From NCBI GenBank assembly GCA_021818995.1, contig JAKASP010000002.1:15689-79688 (forward strand): DNA of 64,000 nucleotides. The letters run 5' to 3'. The translations under genes and the position numbers were made by a program. Of this stretch, positions 52,758 to 61,748 are shown in pieces; position 1 is the stretch's first letter; each line of letters starts with the position of its first letter. The notes under the pieces are model-generated. The model was not told the DNA's origin. It did no database searches and worked only from the letters and a program-made list of their open reading frames with translations. The DNA is from Candidatus Micrarchaeota archaeon (GTDB taxonomy: Archaea; Micrarchaeota; Micrarchaeia; Micrarchaeales; CABMGC01).

Positions 52758-53846
52758 ATGCAGTTGCTTCTCGAAGTCTACGTGGCTTTCGCCTGCCTCG
52801 TCTTCCTCTTCCTCTTTGCGATGGATATCTCGGGTGCCGCAAAGGGCGGAGGCGAAGATCGCTGGAAGATCCGCAAAGGCTATAGTCCAAGGACGCTGGT
52901 GATAGTGCCGTGCAAAGGAGAGGAGCCGATGCTCCGCGAGAATCTTCTTGCGGCGGCCAGGCAGAAGTACAAGAACTACAAACTGGTTGCTGTGGTAGAC
53001 GATGAAGATGCTGCTTTTGATGCAGTAAGACGAGCGGGCGTGGCCCACATGCAGCCTACTTCCAGGTGCACGCGCTGCAGCGACAAGGTGCGTCGCATAG
53101 CCAGCGCAATAAGCGCGTTCAGGAACTATGATGTGTACGTGATACTCGATTCTGACGAAAGAGTCGGCAAGGACTGGCTCGGCAGGCTTGTTTCGCCGCT
53201 TTCGGACGAGCGCGTAGGAATATCTGTCATGTTCCCGATCTTCAGGCCAGCAGACCGCGGCTTCTGGTCGAAGACTAAGCAGGTCTGGGGCTTCGTGGGC
53301 CAGAGCCTGCTCGAGTCGCGTAGGACGAGGTTCGCGGCCGGAGGTTCGATGGCATTCAGGAAAGGGCTGCTCGACAGGAAATCGTTCGGCTTCTTCACAG
53401 GCTCTAGGTACTCGGTATCAGACGACATAACGCTCAACCTTATAGTGAAGAGGAAGGGGCTGCTTGTCGCCTATTCCAGGAATCATCATCCGATAACGTA
53501 CGTGAGGGAGACGCGCTCCACGCTCTTCGAATGGGCCAACAGGCAGACCGCGCTCTCGATGTTCGCTAACAGGAAGATATTCTACTACGGCCTGTGCTAC
53601 TACTCCGCCGAGATACTCGTCTTTGCGACCGCTGTTGCCGGAACCCTCCTGCTCTCGCCCCTCTTCCTTGTGCTTCTGCTCCACGCGGCTGGCAGTTTCA
53701 TGAAGAACGTGTCGAGGACAGGAAGCGCTAGCGCGGACCTCCTGGTGATAACGCTCATAATGCCCTTCCTCTACCTTGCCAACCTCCTGGTTGCGAACAG
53801 CATGAGGAGCATAACGTGGCGCGGGATACGCTACAGCCTTCGCTAG
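52758..53846 (+). CDS. Membrane GT2/GT21-like glycosyltransferase
   Basis: N-terminal TM, LVIVPCKGEE, ILDSDE (DXD), a GGSMAFRK region, and C-terminal TM segments. Confidence 0.8.
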   Translation: MQLLLEVYVAFACLVFLFLFAMDISGAAKGGGEDRWKIRKGYSPRTLVIVPCKGEEPMLRENLLAAARQKYKNYKLVAVVDDEDAAFDAVRRAGVAHMQPTSRCTRCSDKVRRIASAISAFRNYDVYVILDSDERVGKDWLGRLVSPLSDERVGISVMFPIFRPADRGFWSKTKQVWGFVGQSLLESRRTRFAAGGSMAFRKGLLDRKSFGFFTGSRYSVSDDITLNLIVKRKGLLVAYSRNHHPITYVRETRSTLFEWANRQTALSMFANRKIFYYGLCYYSAEILVFATAVAGTLLLSPLFLVLLLHAAGSFMKNVSRTGSASADLLVITLIMPFLYLANLLVANSMRSITWRGIRYSLR

Positions 53847-53941
53847 CTTATATAAAAGCGAGGTTTTTGAAGCGCATTTAAAAAACGATGCACGCTTTCA
53901 GATTCTTTATATACCTGCTCGGGGCATAAGCAATAAATCGG

Positions 53942-54385
53942 GTGCTAGCCGTGGCAGCGAAGGAGACCAGGTATGTTTTCAAGGTAGTTCCGCATCACAA
54001 GCAGCGCTACGAGACGATAGGCGACTGGATACCCGGCAGGCCGGCGCGAGTTGTGGCTTCGAGGTTGAAGAACCGGGACTACGAGTTCCTGATACTTCTG
54101 CACGAGATGGTAGAGCACGAGCTGTGCAAGAAGCACGGGATTAGCGACAGGGTCGTTGTGGCGTTTGACAAGAGATTCGAAAGGGAGAGGAAGCTGGGCC
54201 TTCACTCTGCTTCAGCAGAGCCGGGGGCGAGCCCGAGAGCGCCTTACAGGCGAGAGCACGCTGCTGCCACGAGAATCGAGAGGCTCATGGCAAAGGACCT
54301 GGGGGTGAACTGGGAGAGATACACGAAGGCGCTGATAGCGCTCTCGTCAAACACCAGGATAAGGCACCCTCGATACAGGAGATAG
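53942..54385 (+). CDS. Hypothetical protein (147 aa)
   Basis: GTG start about 25-30 nt after TTTATATAC. Protein-like composition. The family was not recognised. Confidence 0.45.
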   Translation: MLAVAAKETRYVFKVVPHHKQRYETIGDWIPGRPARVVASRLKNRDYEFLILLHEMVEHELCKKHGISDRVVVAFDKRFERERKLGLHSASAEPGASPRAPYRREHAAATRIERLMAKDLGVNWERYTKALIALSSNTRIRHPRYRR

Positions 54386-54386
54386 G

Positions 54387-54848
54387 CTACTTCCCTTTCG
54401 CGCCCTTCAGGAACTCGAGCACCTCCTCGTTGTGGTGCTCCGGCTTTACCTTCTCAAATATCTTGACAACCTTTCCGCTGCCGTCTATTATGAACGTCTT
54501 CCTCAACGTTCCCATGCCGAATATCCCCCTGTCGCCGTACGAGCCGTACTCCTTTATCGTCTTGCTGCCGGGATCCGAGAGCAGCAGGAAGTTGAGCTTG
54601 TACTTATCCCTGAACTTGCCGTGCGACGCTGTTCCGTCGCTGCTTATTCCCACGACCTCGGCTCCGGCCTTCCTGATCTCGCCTATCGTGTCCCTGAAGC
54701 CGCACGCCTCTGTTGTGCATCCGGGGGTGTCGTCCTTAGGGTAGAAGTAGAGCACGAGGAACTTTCCCTTGAACTCTCTGAGCGCGTGCTTTTTGCCGTC
54801 TGAGCCCTCGAGCTCGAAGTCCGGTGCCCTTGAATCTATCGCTATCAT
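54387..54848 (-). CDS. bcp: Peroxiredoxin (Bcp-type)
   Basis: FYPKDDTPGCTTEACGFRD peroxidatic/resolving Cys context. 153 aa. Confidence 0.9.
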   Translation of the reverse strand: MIAIDSRAPDFELEGSDGKKHALREFKGKFLVLYFYPKDDTPGCTTEACGFRDTIGEIRKAGAEVVGISSDGTASHGKFRDKYKLNFLLLSDPGSKTIKEYGSYGDRGIFGMGTLRKTFIIDGSGKVVKIFEKVKPEHHNEEVLEFLKGAKGK

Positions 54849-54929
54849 GTCATTCCCATAGCATTACGCAAAAAAGATTTATAAGGTAAAGGCGGGTAGT
54901 AAGGACAGGGAGCGGCAACGGGGGTAAGC

Positions 54930-55616
54930 TTGCTAGACATATCGAGCATTTTCAAGCGCTTTGGCAAAAAGGATCCGGCAACAGGCACGGTCATAACCAG
55001 CATAAGCATCGACTATCTGGGGGACAAGCACGGACTGGACGGCATGCAGGTGCACGACAAGGTCTTCGAGCTCAGCATACCGTTCCAGAACAAGACGGGC
55101 AGCGACCTTCTCGCAGACAATTTGAAGAGGCCGGACCTGAAGATAGAGGGCGTGAGCGTAAGCAGGCCGTTCGAGCTTGTAGACGTTAGCCCGACGCCGC
55201 CTATCGCGGTCAGGTACAGGGAGGGCGTCACAGTGAAGCTCAGGATCAAGGCTCCTGACCTGCCTTACACGGGGCCGATGAGCGTCACGCTTGGAGAGAA
55301 GTCGAGCGGAATGGTGCGCGTGCAGATAGAGAAGATAATGGCAGTAAGGAACGGGGCAAAGACCGTGCTGGAGGAGGCGCCGAGCGTGCTCAGCGTGCAG
55401 AAGGGCCAGGTGCTGAAACGCGATGTCCAGCTGTACAAGGTGATGAGGTACGGGGACAAGGTTAACGGAATAGCCGTGAACGCTCCGTTCGTGATGTCTG
55501 GAAGCGAGCCGAAGGCTCCGTTCAGGATAGACAAGGAGAACAGCTACATAATAAGCGTCTTTGTGTTGGCCCCTGACTACAGCTACGCGGGCCCCCTTGA
55601 GATAACCTTCTCATAG
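54930..55616 (+). CDS. Hypothetical two-repeat beta-rich protein
   Basis: TTG start preceded by GGGGGT SD. Internal repeat: VSRPFELVDVSPTPPIAV...APDLPYTGPMSVTL versus VNAPFVMSGSEPKAPFRI...APDYSYAGPLEITF. Confidence 0.55.
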   Translation: MLDISSIFKRFGKKDPATGTVITSISIDYLGDKHGLDGMQVHDKVFELSIPFQNKTGSDLLADNLKRPDLKIEGVSVSRPFELVDVSPTPPIAVRYREGVTVKLRIKAPDLPYTGPMSVTLGEKSSGMVRVQIEKIMAVRNGAKTVLEEAPSVLSVQKGQVLKRDVQLYKVMRYGDKVNGIAVNAPFVMSGSEPKAPFRIDKENSYIISVFVLAPDYSYAGPLEITFS

Positions 55617-56201
55617 CGAGTTCCACATGGTCCAGAACTGGCGCTTGCGGTCCTCCACCTCCTTCTGGTCCCTTATCAGCCTCACGCTCTCTATGTTCTT
55701 GTGCATTCCCGCATACGTGAGATTCGCAGATCCCTCGACTGCGACCCTGTCGCCCACGTACAGCTTCGCGTGCACGAACTCCTTCGGCACCTTGAGGTAG
55801 ATCCTGTTCCTGTGCACGAAAGAGTACGCGATAAGGATTGCGCCGAAGCCGATAGACGCGAACGCGAACGGGACATTGAGCCCGTTGACCAGGAAGATCA
55901 GCCAGTTGACAGAGACGGCGAGGAATTCTGCCGCGAGCGCGTTGCCCACGTTGTTCTTTCGCAGCCTCTTCGCGGCGCTGCCTCTGATCGATGAGGAGAT
56001 TATGTACCTGCGCTTGCCGTGCGCATGCGCCGCTACGTATGAGGCGTAGTAGTCGTCTATGTAGGGCGAGATTATCAGGAGGTTCTTCTCCTCCTTCAGC
56101 AGTTTGTCGACGTATTTATGCGCCCTTTTTCCGTAGTATGAACTGGTTCGCTCCTTGAATAGGCTTATTAAGCCCATAATAATATTACGTATGAAAGGCA
56201 T
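55611..56201 (-). CDS. Single-HKD phospholipase D/Nuc-like protein with an internal TM hairpin
   Basis: HAKLYVGDRVAVEGSANLT (HxKx4D...GSxN). A hydrophobic stretch ALAAEFLAVSVNWLIFLVNGLNVPFAFASIGFGAILIAYSFV precedes it. Start is uncertain (56201 or 56177). Confidence 0.7.
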   Translation of the reverse strand: MPFIRNIIMGLISLFKERTSSYYGKRAHKYVDKLLKEEKNLLIISPYIDDYYASYVAAHAHGKRRYIISSSIRGSAAKRLRKNNVGNALAAEFLAVSVNWLIFLVNGLNVPFAFASIGFGAILIAYSFVHRNRIYLKVPKEFVHAKLYVGDRVAVEGSANLTYAGMHKNIESVRLIRDQKEVEDRKRQFWTMWNSL

Positions 56202-56211
56202 AAATGGTGTT

Positions 56212-57153
56212 ATGACAGAAAGGGAAGAGCTTGAGAAAGGATTCCTTCGAGACGAGCTGCTGGACCACGAGACCTATGCAGAACTCGCGGCAGGGGAGCG
56301 GAACAAGGAGATAAGGGACCTGCTGCAGAAGCTCTCGAACAAGGAGAGGGAGCACATTGGCGTATGGAGAAAGCTGCTCGGAAGCGCTGGCGATTCGGTC
56401 GGGGCGCCGATGGGTCTAGGCTTCAGGGTTTTCTTGTTATCCGCTCTAAGAAGAACGCTTGGCATAGCATTCGTGACCAGGCTCCTTGAAAGGGATGAGG
56501 GGAGAGGACTCGAACGCTACAAGGAGGGAATGTCTGGAAACACGCTGAGAAAGACGGACAAGACTTACCTCAAGCGCATAATCAAGGACGAGCAGGAACA
56601 CGAACTTGCATTTGCATCGAAGGTCGAGAGATACGGGGGCGAACTGGGCTACACGCAGTCGATAATCCTGGGGCTGAACGATGGTCTCGTTGAGATACTT
56701 GCTGTAGTGGCGGGCCTCGCCACAGTAGCAACTTCAAGCTTCATAGTTGTGATAATTGGGCTGATAGCAGGCATATCTGGCACGCTCTCAATGGCCGGAG
56801 GCGTCTATCTCTCTTCCAAATCTCAGGGTCTTGTGGAGGAGGAGGATGGCGAGAGGAGGAAGAGCAAGGTACTGCCTTCCAAAGAGGGCTACTACACCGG
56901 AATCTACTATTTCCTAGGCGCGCTGATAGCAGTGCTGCCGTTCCTTGGGGGCCTGCAGGGATACGAAGGCATAATAGCGTCGATAATACTGGTGAGCGCG
57001 GCGCTTATAGTCGCCTCTACAATAATCGCGGTGATAAGCGGCACAAGCATAAGGAAGAGGTCTTTGGAGATGCTTGCGATCTCACTCGGGGCCGCGTTTG
57101 CGACGATACTCTTCGGCACATTCGCCAAGCTGTACTTCGGGGTCACGATATAG
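56212..57153 (+). CDS. VIT1/CCC1-family iron/manganese transporter with an N-terminal ferritin-like domain
   Basis: GLNDGLVEILAVVAGLA VIT motif and an N-terminal four-helix-like region (HETYAELA...EREHIGVW). ATG at 56212 lies about 30 nt after an AATAATATTA TATA-like box. Confidence 0.8.
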   Translation: MTEREELEKGFLRDELLDHETYAELAAGERNKEIRDLLQKLSNKEREHIGVWRKLLGSAGDSVGAPMGLGFRVFLLSALRRTLGIAFVTRLLERDEGRGLERYKEGMSGNTLRKTDKTYLKRIIKDEQEHELAFASKVERYGGELGYTQSIILGLNDGLVEILAVVAGLATVATSSFIVVIIGLIAGISGTLSMAGGVYLSSKSQGLVEEEDGERRKSKVLPSKEGYYTGIYYFLGALIAVLPFLGGLQGYEGIIASIILVSAALIVASTIIAVISGTSIRKRSLEMLAISLGAAFATILFGTFAKLYFGVTI

Positions 57154-57187
57154 AGATTGCGAAAAGCAATAAGAATATTTGTTGCAT

Positions 57188-58339
57188 ATGAGGTTTGGCG
57201 AGGGCTTGGAAGGGAAGAACAAGGCGGAGATGAAGGGCAAGATACTGCGCTTGCTTAGCGTCGACGCCAGGATAAGCATGCAGGACCTTGCCAACAGCCT
57301 GAAGACCACGAAAGTGAACGCGTACAGCCTGTTCAACGAGGCGGCAGCAGAGTACGGCATGAGATTCATCCCAGAGATAAGCATAGACAAGCTCTGGAAG
57401 TGGGAGTTCATCAAGAGGGCTAGGCTCAGGACCAAGCGCGGAATACTAGCCGAAGCCGTGGAGGAGCTTCCGCTCACCGGGTTCGGCGAGTACCTGGTAT
57501 TCATAAAGTTCTCAGGAAAGAAGCCTGGGGATGAAGAGATAGTCAAGGCGATTGGAAACTCGTACGCGCCGCAGTTTGTTGCGAAGACGAAGGGCGAGTA
57601 CGACATAGTGATCTACGTTGTCGAGAGAAGCTATGAGGATGCGGTCCGCTTCACCGACACGCTGAGCAAGAACCTCGGAAAGTACAAGATGCTCACGTAC
57701 ACGAGTAGGGTGTGGGGCAGCTTCGGCTTCTTCCCATTGAGCAACAAGCTGATAGAGCAGTTCGACATCTTCGACACATACAAGAACCTGCTCTTCGGGC
57801 TGAACGAGGGCGGGCGCAACACTTTCACAGAGATAGGAAAGCACTACGGCCAGGGTCCGGCGCAGATGCTCTATGCATATGACAGGCTGGCGCGCACTGA
57901 AATACTCAAGCGCGTGACGTACTTTGAGTCCAAGCCGGGGAACAGCTTCAACTTGGTGGCGATAGTCAAGACCCAGAACGAGAAAGAATTCGATGAGGCT
58001 AAGGACAGGTGGTTCGCCAGGCTAACAAAGGAGTACGAGAAGAGGCCGAACGAGTGCATATTCATGTGCGACACCCCAAGCCCAAAGGGGATGATCGTGA
58101 TCGGAAGCTTCGCGAGCAGGAGTGCGGCCGGCAGATTTTTGTCGACGATGAAATCGGGCCTCAGGGGCACGCAGGTTGGCAGCATGCAGGTTTCGAAGGT
58201 GCTCATGGGCAGCCTCGGAGTGCGCGACTTCGACATGCGCTACGCGCAGCAGTACAAGCACCTGGAAAGGAAGAAGATGGTTCCTGCGCTGAACGAGAAG
58301 GCAACTGAAGTTCCTGTTGAGAACCCAAACGCGCTCTGA
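57188..58339 (+). CDS. Tandem Lrp/AsnC-like (wHTH plus RAM-like) regulator
   Basis: KILRLLSVDARISMQDLANSL is an HTH_AsnC-like sequence. A second HTH-like segment is FTEIGKHYGQGPAQMLYAYDRLARTEIL. Start is uncertain (57179, 57188 or 57230). Confidence 0.55.
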   Translation: MRFGEGLEGKNKAEMKGKILRLLSVDARISMQDLANSLKTTKVNAYSLFNEAAAEYGMRFIPEISIDKLWKWEFIKRARLRTKRGILAEAVEELPLTGFGEYLVFIKFSGKKPGDEEIVKAIGNSYAPQFVAKTKGEYDIVIYVVERSYEDAVRFTDTLSKNLGKYKMLTYTSRVWGSFGFFPLSNKLIEQFDIFDTYKNLLFGLNEGGRNTFTEIGKHYGQGPAQMLYAYDRLARTEILKRVTYFESKPGNSFNLVAIVKTQNEKEFDEAKDRWFARLTKEYEKRPNECIFMCDTPSPKGMIVIGSFASRSAAGRFLSTMKSGLRGTQVGSMQVSKVLMGSLGVRDFDMRYAQQYKHLERKKMVPALNEKATEVPVENPNAL

Positions 58340-59809
58340 TCACTCGAGCTTGCCCTGCTCCTTGGTGTAGAGTATCAGCTCCGGATGCCTCCTCGGCATG
58401 GGGTTTGCCCTTATGCCGTATATCGCCTTTATGCCCTTCTCGAGCGAGAGCTCGACCAGCCTCTGGGTTATCACACCATCGAGCACCAGCGCGTAGGCGC
58501 CGCGCATGTCCTGTAGCGTGGTGAGGAGCTCGCGTATCGGCACCTCCTTGATAACGCTGCCGTCTGGCGCGTAGACCCTGCTCCTGAGCGAGCCCGAAAG
58601 CTCGACAAGGCCGTTGGCCAGCTGCGCGAGGAGCGCGCTCTCGAGTATAGGCTTGACCTGCGCGCCTGCGCCTCCGGAGTATACCGGAGCCGCCTCCATC
58701 CTCTGCAGCGAAGGTGGCTGCTCGCCCTCATCGCCCCTAAGGTCCTTTATGTAAGGCTTGTCCACCTGCTCAAACATCTCCTCTCCGATTCCGCGCTCGC
58801 GGCTTGGCTGCATCTGGCGCGGCTGCTCATGCTGCGGCTGCTGCGGCGGCATGGGCGGCTGTGGAGGCCTGTGCTGCTGTTGCTGCGGCTGCTGCATCTG
58901 CTGGTGGTGCGGCTGGTCCCTTCCGTTCCTTGACTCGCGCCTCTCGGCCGAGTGCTGCGCGTTGAGCTTGGCCTTCTCGACGCCGAGGTACTGGTCCAAC
59001 GGGACCCTTGTCCTGAGCGCCTTGATAACCTCCTTCCTCTGCAGCTCCTCAACCTCCTTGCCGTCCGGAGCGCGCGCCACGAAATCTATGTCAAGGGCGT
59101 TGAGCAGCGACCTTATCACCATCTCGCCTCCCCTGTCTCCGTCGACAAACACAGTAACCTCCTTCTCTCCGGCAAGGTCTATTATCGTCTTGGGAATGTT
59201 GGAAGTAGCTCCGCCTATCGCTATCGAGTTGGTTATGTTGTTCCTTAGCAGGTTTATGACGTCGGCCCTGCCCTCGACGAAGATAACCTCGTCGTTCTTG
59301 GCAATGTCAGGACCAGCAGGCAGGTGGTCCTGCCCGTACTCCACTATCTCGCTGCTCTTGACCTCGCTCTGCACCAGCTCGGAGAGCTCCTTGCTGTCTG
59401 GTATCTCTGTGGAGAGCAGCTGCTTGATGAGCGTCTTAGCCCTGTCCAGTATCTTCCTGCGCTTCTCGGCCCTTGTGTCCTCCACCTTGTCGACCTGGAA
59501 CTGGGCCTCGAACGGTCCAACCCTGTCAACAGACTCCACAGCGGCCGCGAGTATGCACGTTTCGACACGGTCCAGCGATGCGGGCAGGAAGAGCTTCCCG
59601 TAGGTCTTGCTGCCGGATGTCGATACATCTATCTCGATGCGCCCGATCTTGCCGCTCTTCTGCAGCTCCCTGAGGTCCAGCTCATCGCCGAGCAGGCCCT
59701 CCGTCTGCCCGAAGACAGCTCCTATTATGTCAGGCTTGTCCACAAGCCCGTCGATGCTGAACTTTGCCAGCACCATGTACTTTACTATGTCCAAATAAGT
59801 TTTCGCCAT
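58340..59809 (-). CDS. dnaG: Archaeal DnaG primase (TOPRIM) with a Q/P-rich insertion
   Basis: N-terminus YMVLAKFSIDGLVDKPDIIGAVFGQTEGLLG and TOPRIM motifs VEGRADV / FVDGDRGGE. 489 aa. Confidence 0.9.
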   Translation of the reverse strand: MAKTYLDIVKYMVLAKFSIDGLVDKPDIIGAVFGQTEGLLGDELDLRELQKSGKIGRIEIDVSTSGSKTYGKLFLPASLDRVETCILAAAVESVDRVGPFEAQFQVDKVEDTRAEKRRKILDRAKTLIKQLLSTEIPDSKELSELVQSEVKSSEIVEYGQDHLPAGPDIAKNDEVIFVEGRADVINLLRNNITNSIAIGGATSNIPKTIIDLAGEKEVTVFVDGDRGGEMVIRSLLNALDIDFVARAPDGKEVEELQRKEVIKALRTRVPLDQYLGVEKAKLNAQHSAERRESRNGRDQPHHQQMQQPQQQQHRPPQPPMPPQQPQHEQPRQMQPSRERGIGEEMFEQVDKPYIKDLRGDEGEQPPSLQRMEAAPVYSGGAGAQVKPILESALLAQLANGLVELSGSLRSRVYAPDGSVIKEVPIRELLTTLQDMRGAYALVLDGVITQRLVELSLEKGIKAIYGIRANPMPRRHPELILYTKEQGKLE

Positions 59810-60070
59810 TTTTTCACCTGTTTATTCTGTGCGTTAGGCGTAGCGTCCGCTCTATGCTTGCTGTTCTTGCCTCATATCGTGTCTGCCGCATCTCCCGCAC
59901 TGCGCAGCCGTGGCTAGTAGAATTCGTCCCTGTAGGCTATCTGCTCTCTACAAAAATAGAGTAAAGTGTAAATTGCCATCGAACTAACCCGTTAGCGTTG
60001 AGCTGCATACCTATTGCTCAGGATAGTATTATATAGATTTTCTATAGGTTAGCAATATATCGGCGACCCG

Positions 60071-60454
60071 ATGAGCAGATACGACAAAGGGGCTAGGAGC
60101 GAGAGGGAGCTCTTGAACATACTAGACGGCGAGGGCTATTCTGTGCTCAGGTCTGCAGGATCGGGGGTAAATGCCCTGAGCCCCGACCTCGTGGCGATGA
60201 AGAAGGGCAGGTGCATAGTCATAGAGTGCAAGGCCTGGGAGAAGGGAAGCCTCAGCCTGGCGCCGGAGCAGTTCGAGAAGATACTGGAATGGGAGACAAG
60301 GACGGAATTCCCTACGTTCATCGCCTGGCGCATGAACGGCATGGGCTGGTTCTTCATAAAGCCAGCGGAGTTCGAGAGGGGAAGGAGGAACTACAACATT
60401 ACCAGAAGAAAGGCTCTTGAGCTGAACCGGAAGCTCGAAGACGTCACGAAATAG
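60071..60454 (+). CDS. hjc: Holliday junction resolvase Hjc
   Basis: KGARSERELLNIL, SPDLVA and IVIECKA give the catalytic E..D..EXK layout. 127 aa. Confidence 0.9.
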   Translation: MSRYDKGARSERELLNILDGEGYSVLRSAGSGVNALSPDLVAMKKGRCIVIECKAWEKGSLSLAPEQFEKILEWETRTEFPTFIAWRMNGMGWFFIKPAEFERGRRNYNITRRKALELNRKLEDVTK

Positions 60455-60531
60455 TGGGCAAAATAAGTATTTACCCATTTTATTTGTAAAATACCCATAG
60501 ATTTAAATAATAGAAGGTTAACATTCACCTT

Positions 60532-60783
60532 ATGAAAGATATCAGTGTCGCTGACGAGAGAGACAGAATAACCCTGGGCAAGAAGATAACGAAGAGATAC
60601 GGAAAGAGATTCATAGTGATTGATGCGGTGGGAGAGGTGGTACTGCGACCCGTGCCGAAGGATCCTGTAAAGGGCTTCGCGGAGATGGGCAGGAGGGCGG
60701 GAATAAATAAATACTCAATGAAACAGCTGAAAAAGATGGCAGAAGAGGAAGCAGAGAAAGAGGCCATCTCGAACATTCGCTAG
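60532..60783 (+). CDS. vapB: AbrB/SpoVT-type antitoxin (VapB-like)
   Basis: ITLGKKITKRYGKRFIVIDAVGEVVLRPV is a swapped-hairpin-like sequence. 83 aa, directly upstream of the PIN gene. Confidence 0.7.
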   Translation: MKDISVADERDRITLGKKITKRYGKRFIVIDAVGEVVLRPVPKDPVKGFAEMGRRAGINKYSMKQLKKMAEEEAEKEAISNIR

Positions 60784-60833
60784 CCATATACAAAGATATA
60801 AATTATTTACTCGAATATAATTAGTGTGGGAGA

Positions 60834-61196
60834 ATGCCGTTTGCGGACACCGACTTCTTTATCGCAATGATGCGGGAGGGTGATAGGCACGGCTCTGCTG
60901 CAAAGGCTGCCTATGGCAGATACGAAGGGGCGATATATACATCGTTCGCAGTCGCAATTGAACTGCTACTTGTGGGAAAACGCCTAGGCATGGATGCCAG
61001 AGAGATGGTATCTAACCTGGTTGCCATCTCATCAATTATCGGGATTAGCACCAAAACTTTAACGCTGGCAGCAAGATACATAGAAGAGCAGGGGCTTGGG
61101 ATATTCGACGCGTTCCATGCTGCAATGTGCAACGGAGAAATAATAAGCTCTGACCATGTTTTCAAGAATCTTGGAATAAAGACGCTAATGGGATAG
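60834..61196 (+). CDS. vapC: PIN-domain toxin (VapC-like)
   Basis: Acidic quartet contexts FADTDFFI, AIELL, IFDAFHAA and ISSDHVF. 120 aa. Confidence 0.8.
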   Translation: MPFADTDFFIAMMREGDRHGSAAKAAYGRYEGAIYTSFAVAIELLLVGKRLGMDAREMVSNLVAISSIIGISTKTLTLAARYIEEQGLGIFDAFHAAMCNGEIISSDHVFKNLGIKTLMG

Positions 61197-61198
61197 AA

Positions 61199-61744
61199 TC
61201 AGGAGAGGTCCACGGCTACTGGGCACTGGGCCATGTACTGCGCGTTCCCGTAGATGCTTAACCTGTAAGGCGTTATCTCTGTTTGGTTGTTCACACTGTA
61301 GTTGAGGAAGATGCTTGGCTCGCCGACTGTCATGTTGATGCAGTTCTGGATCGTGTTCGTCGCTAGGCTGACCGTGTGCCCCAGGCCCCCGACCGGATAG
61401 GTGCATCTTGTGCCGTTCAGCACGTAGAAGTCTATGGTTGTGGCGTTCCTTGAGTGCGCAGCTACCTGTACAACCTGGGTGGCGCACTGGAGCACGGACC
61501 CGGCCTGCGACTGGTCGCTGTACGACGCGACCACAGAGACGCGCTGGGCTCCCAGGAAGGTGCTCTTGAAGGTGCTGAACGGGACCGAGAGCGTGGGAAG
61601 CACGACGACAAAAAAGACCACGAACGCGATTACTATCGGAGCGGCGACAAGCAGCGCGCTTCTCATTCCAGACCTGCTTGGCTTGCTCTCTTTTGCCCCT
61701 TTAGTCTCACTCTTCTTGGCAGTTTTCTCGGTCTGTTTGGCCAT
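61199..61744 (-). CDS. N-terminally anchored 4-Cys ectodomain glycoprotein
   Basis: Lys-rich cytosolic N-terminus, one TM, then an ectodomain with 4 Cys and NxS/T sequons. It is paralogous to the C-terminus of the upstream gene. Confidence 0.65.
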   Translation of the reverse strand: MAKQTEKTAKKSETKGAKESKPSRSGMRSALLVAAPIVIAFVVFFVVVLPTLSVPFSTFKSTFLGAQRVSVVASYSDQSQAGSVLQCATQVVQVAAHSRNATTIDFYVLNGTRCTYPVGGLGHTVSLATNTIQNCINMTVGEPSIFLNYSVNNQTEITPYRLSIYGNAQYMAQCPVAVDLS

Positions 61745-61748
61745 GCGC

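Noticed and set aside
59810-60070. 260-nt gap between dnaG and hjc, inspected for a tRNA, SRP RNA or other ncRNA.
   Set aside because: No T-arm, anticodon-arm or conserved SRP/7S motifs were found. There is only an imperfect inverted repeat (TATTGCT...AGCAATA, about 60012-60056) around the hjc TATA region, which is plausibly promoter or operator DNA.
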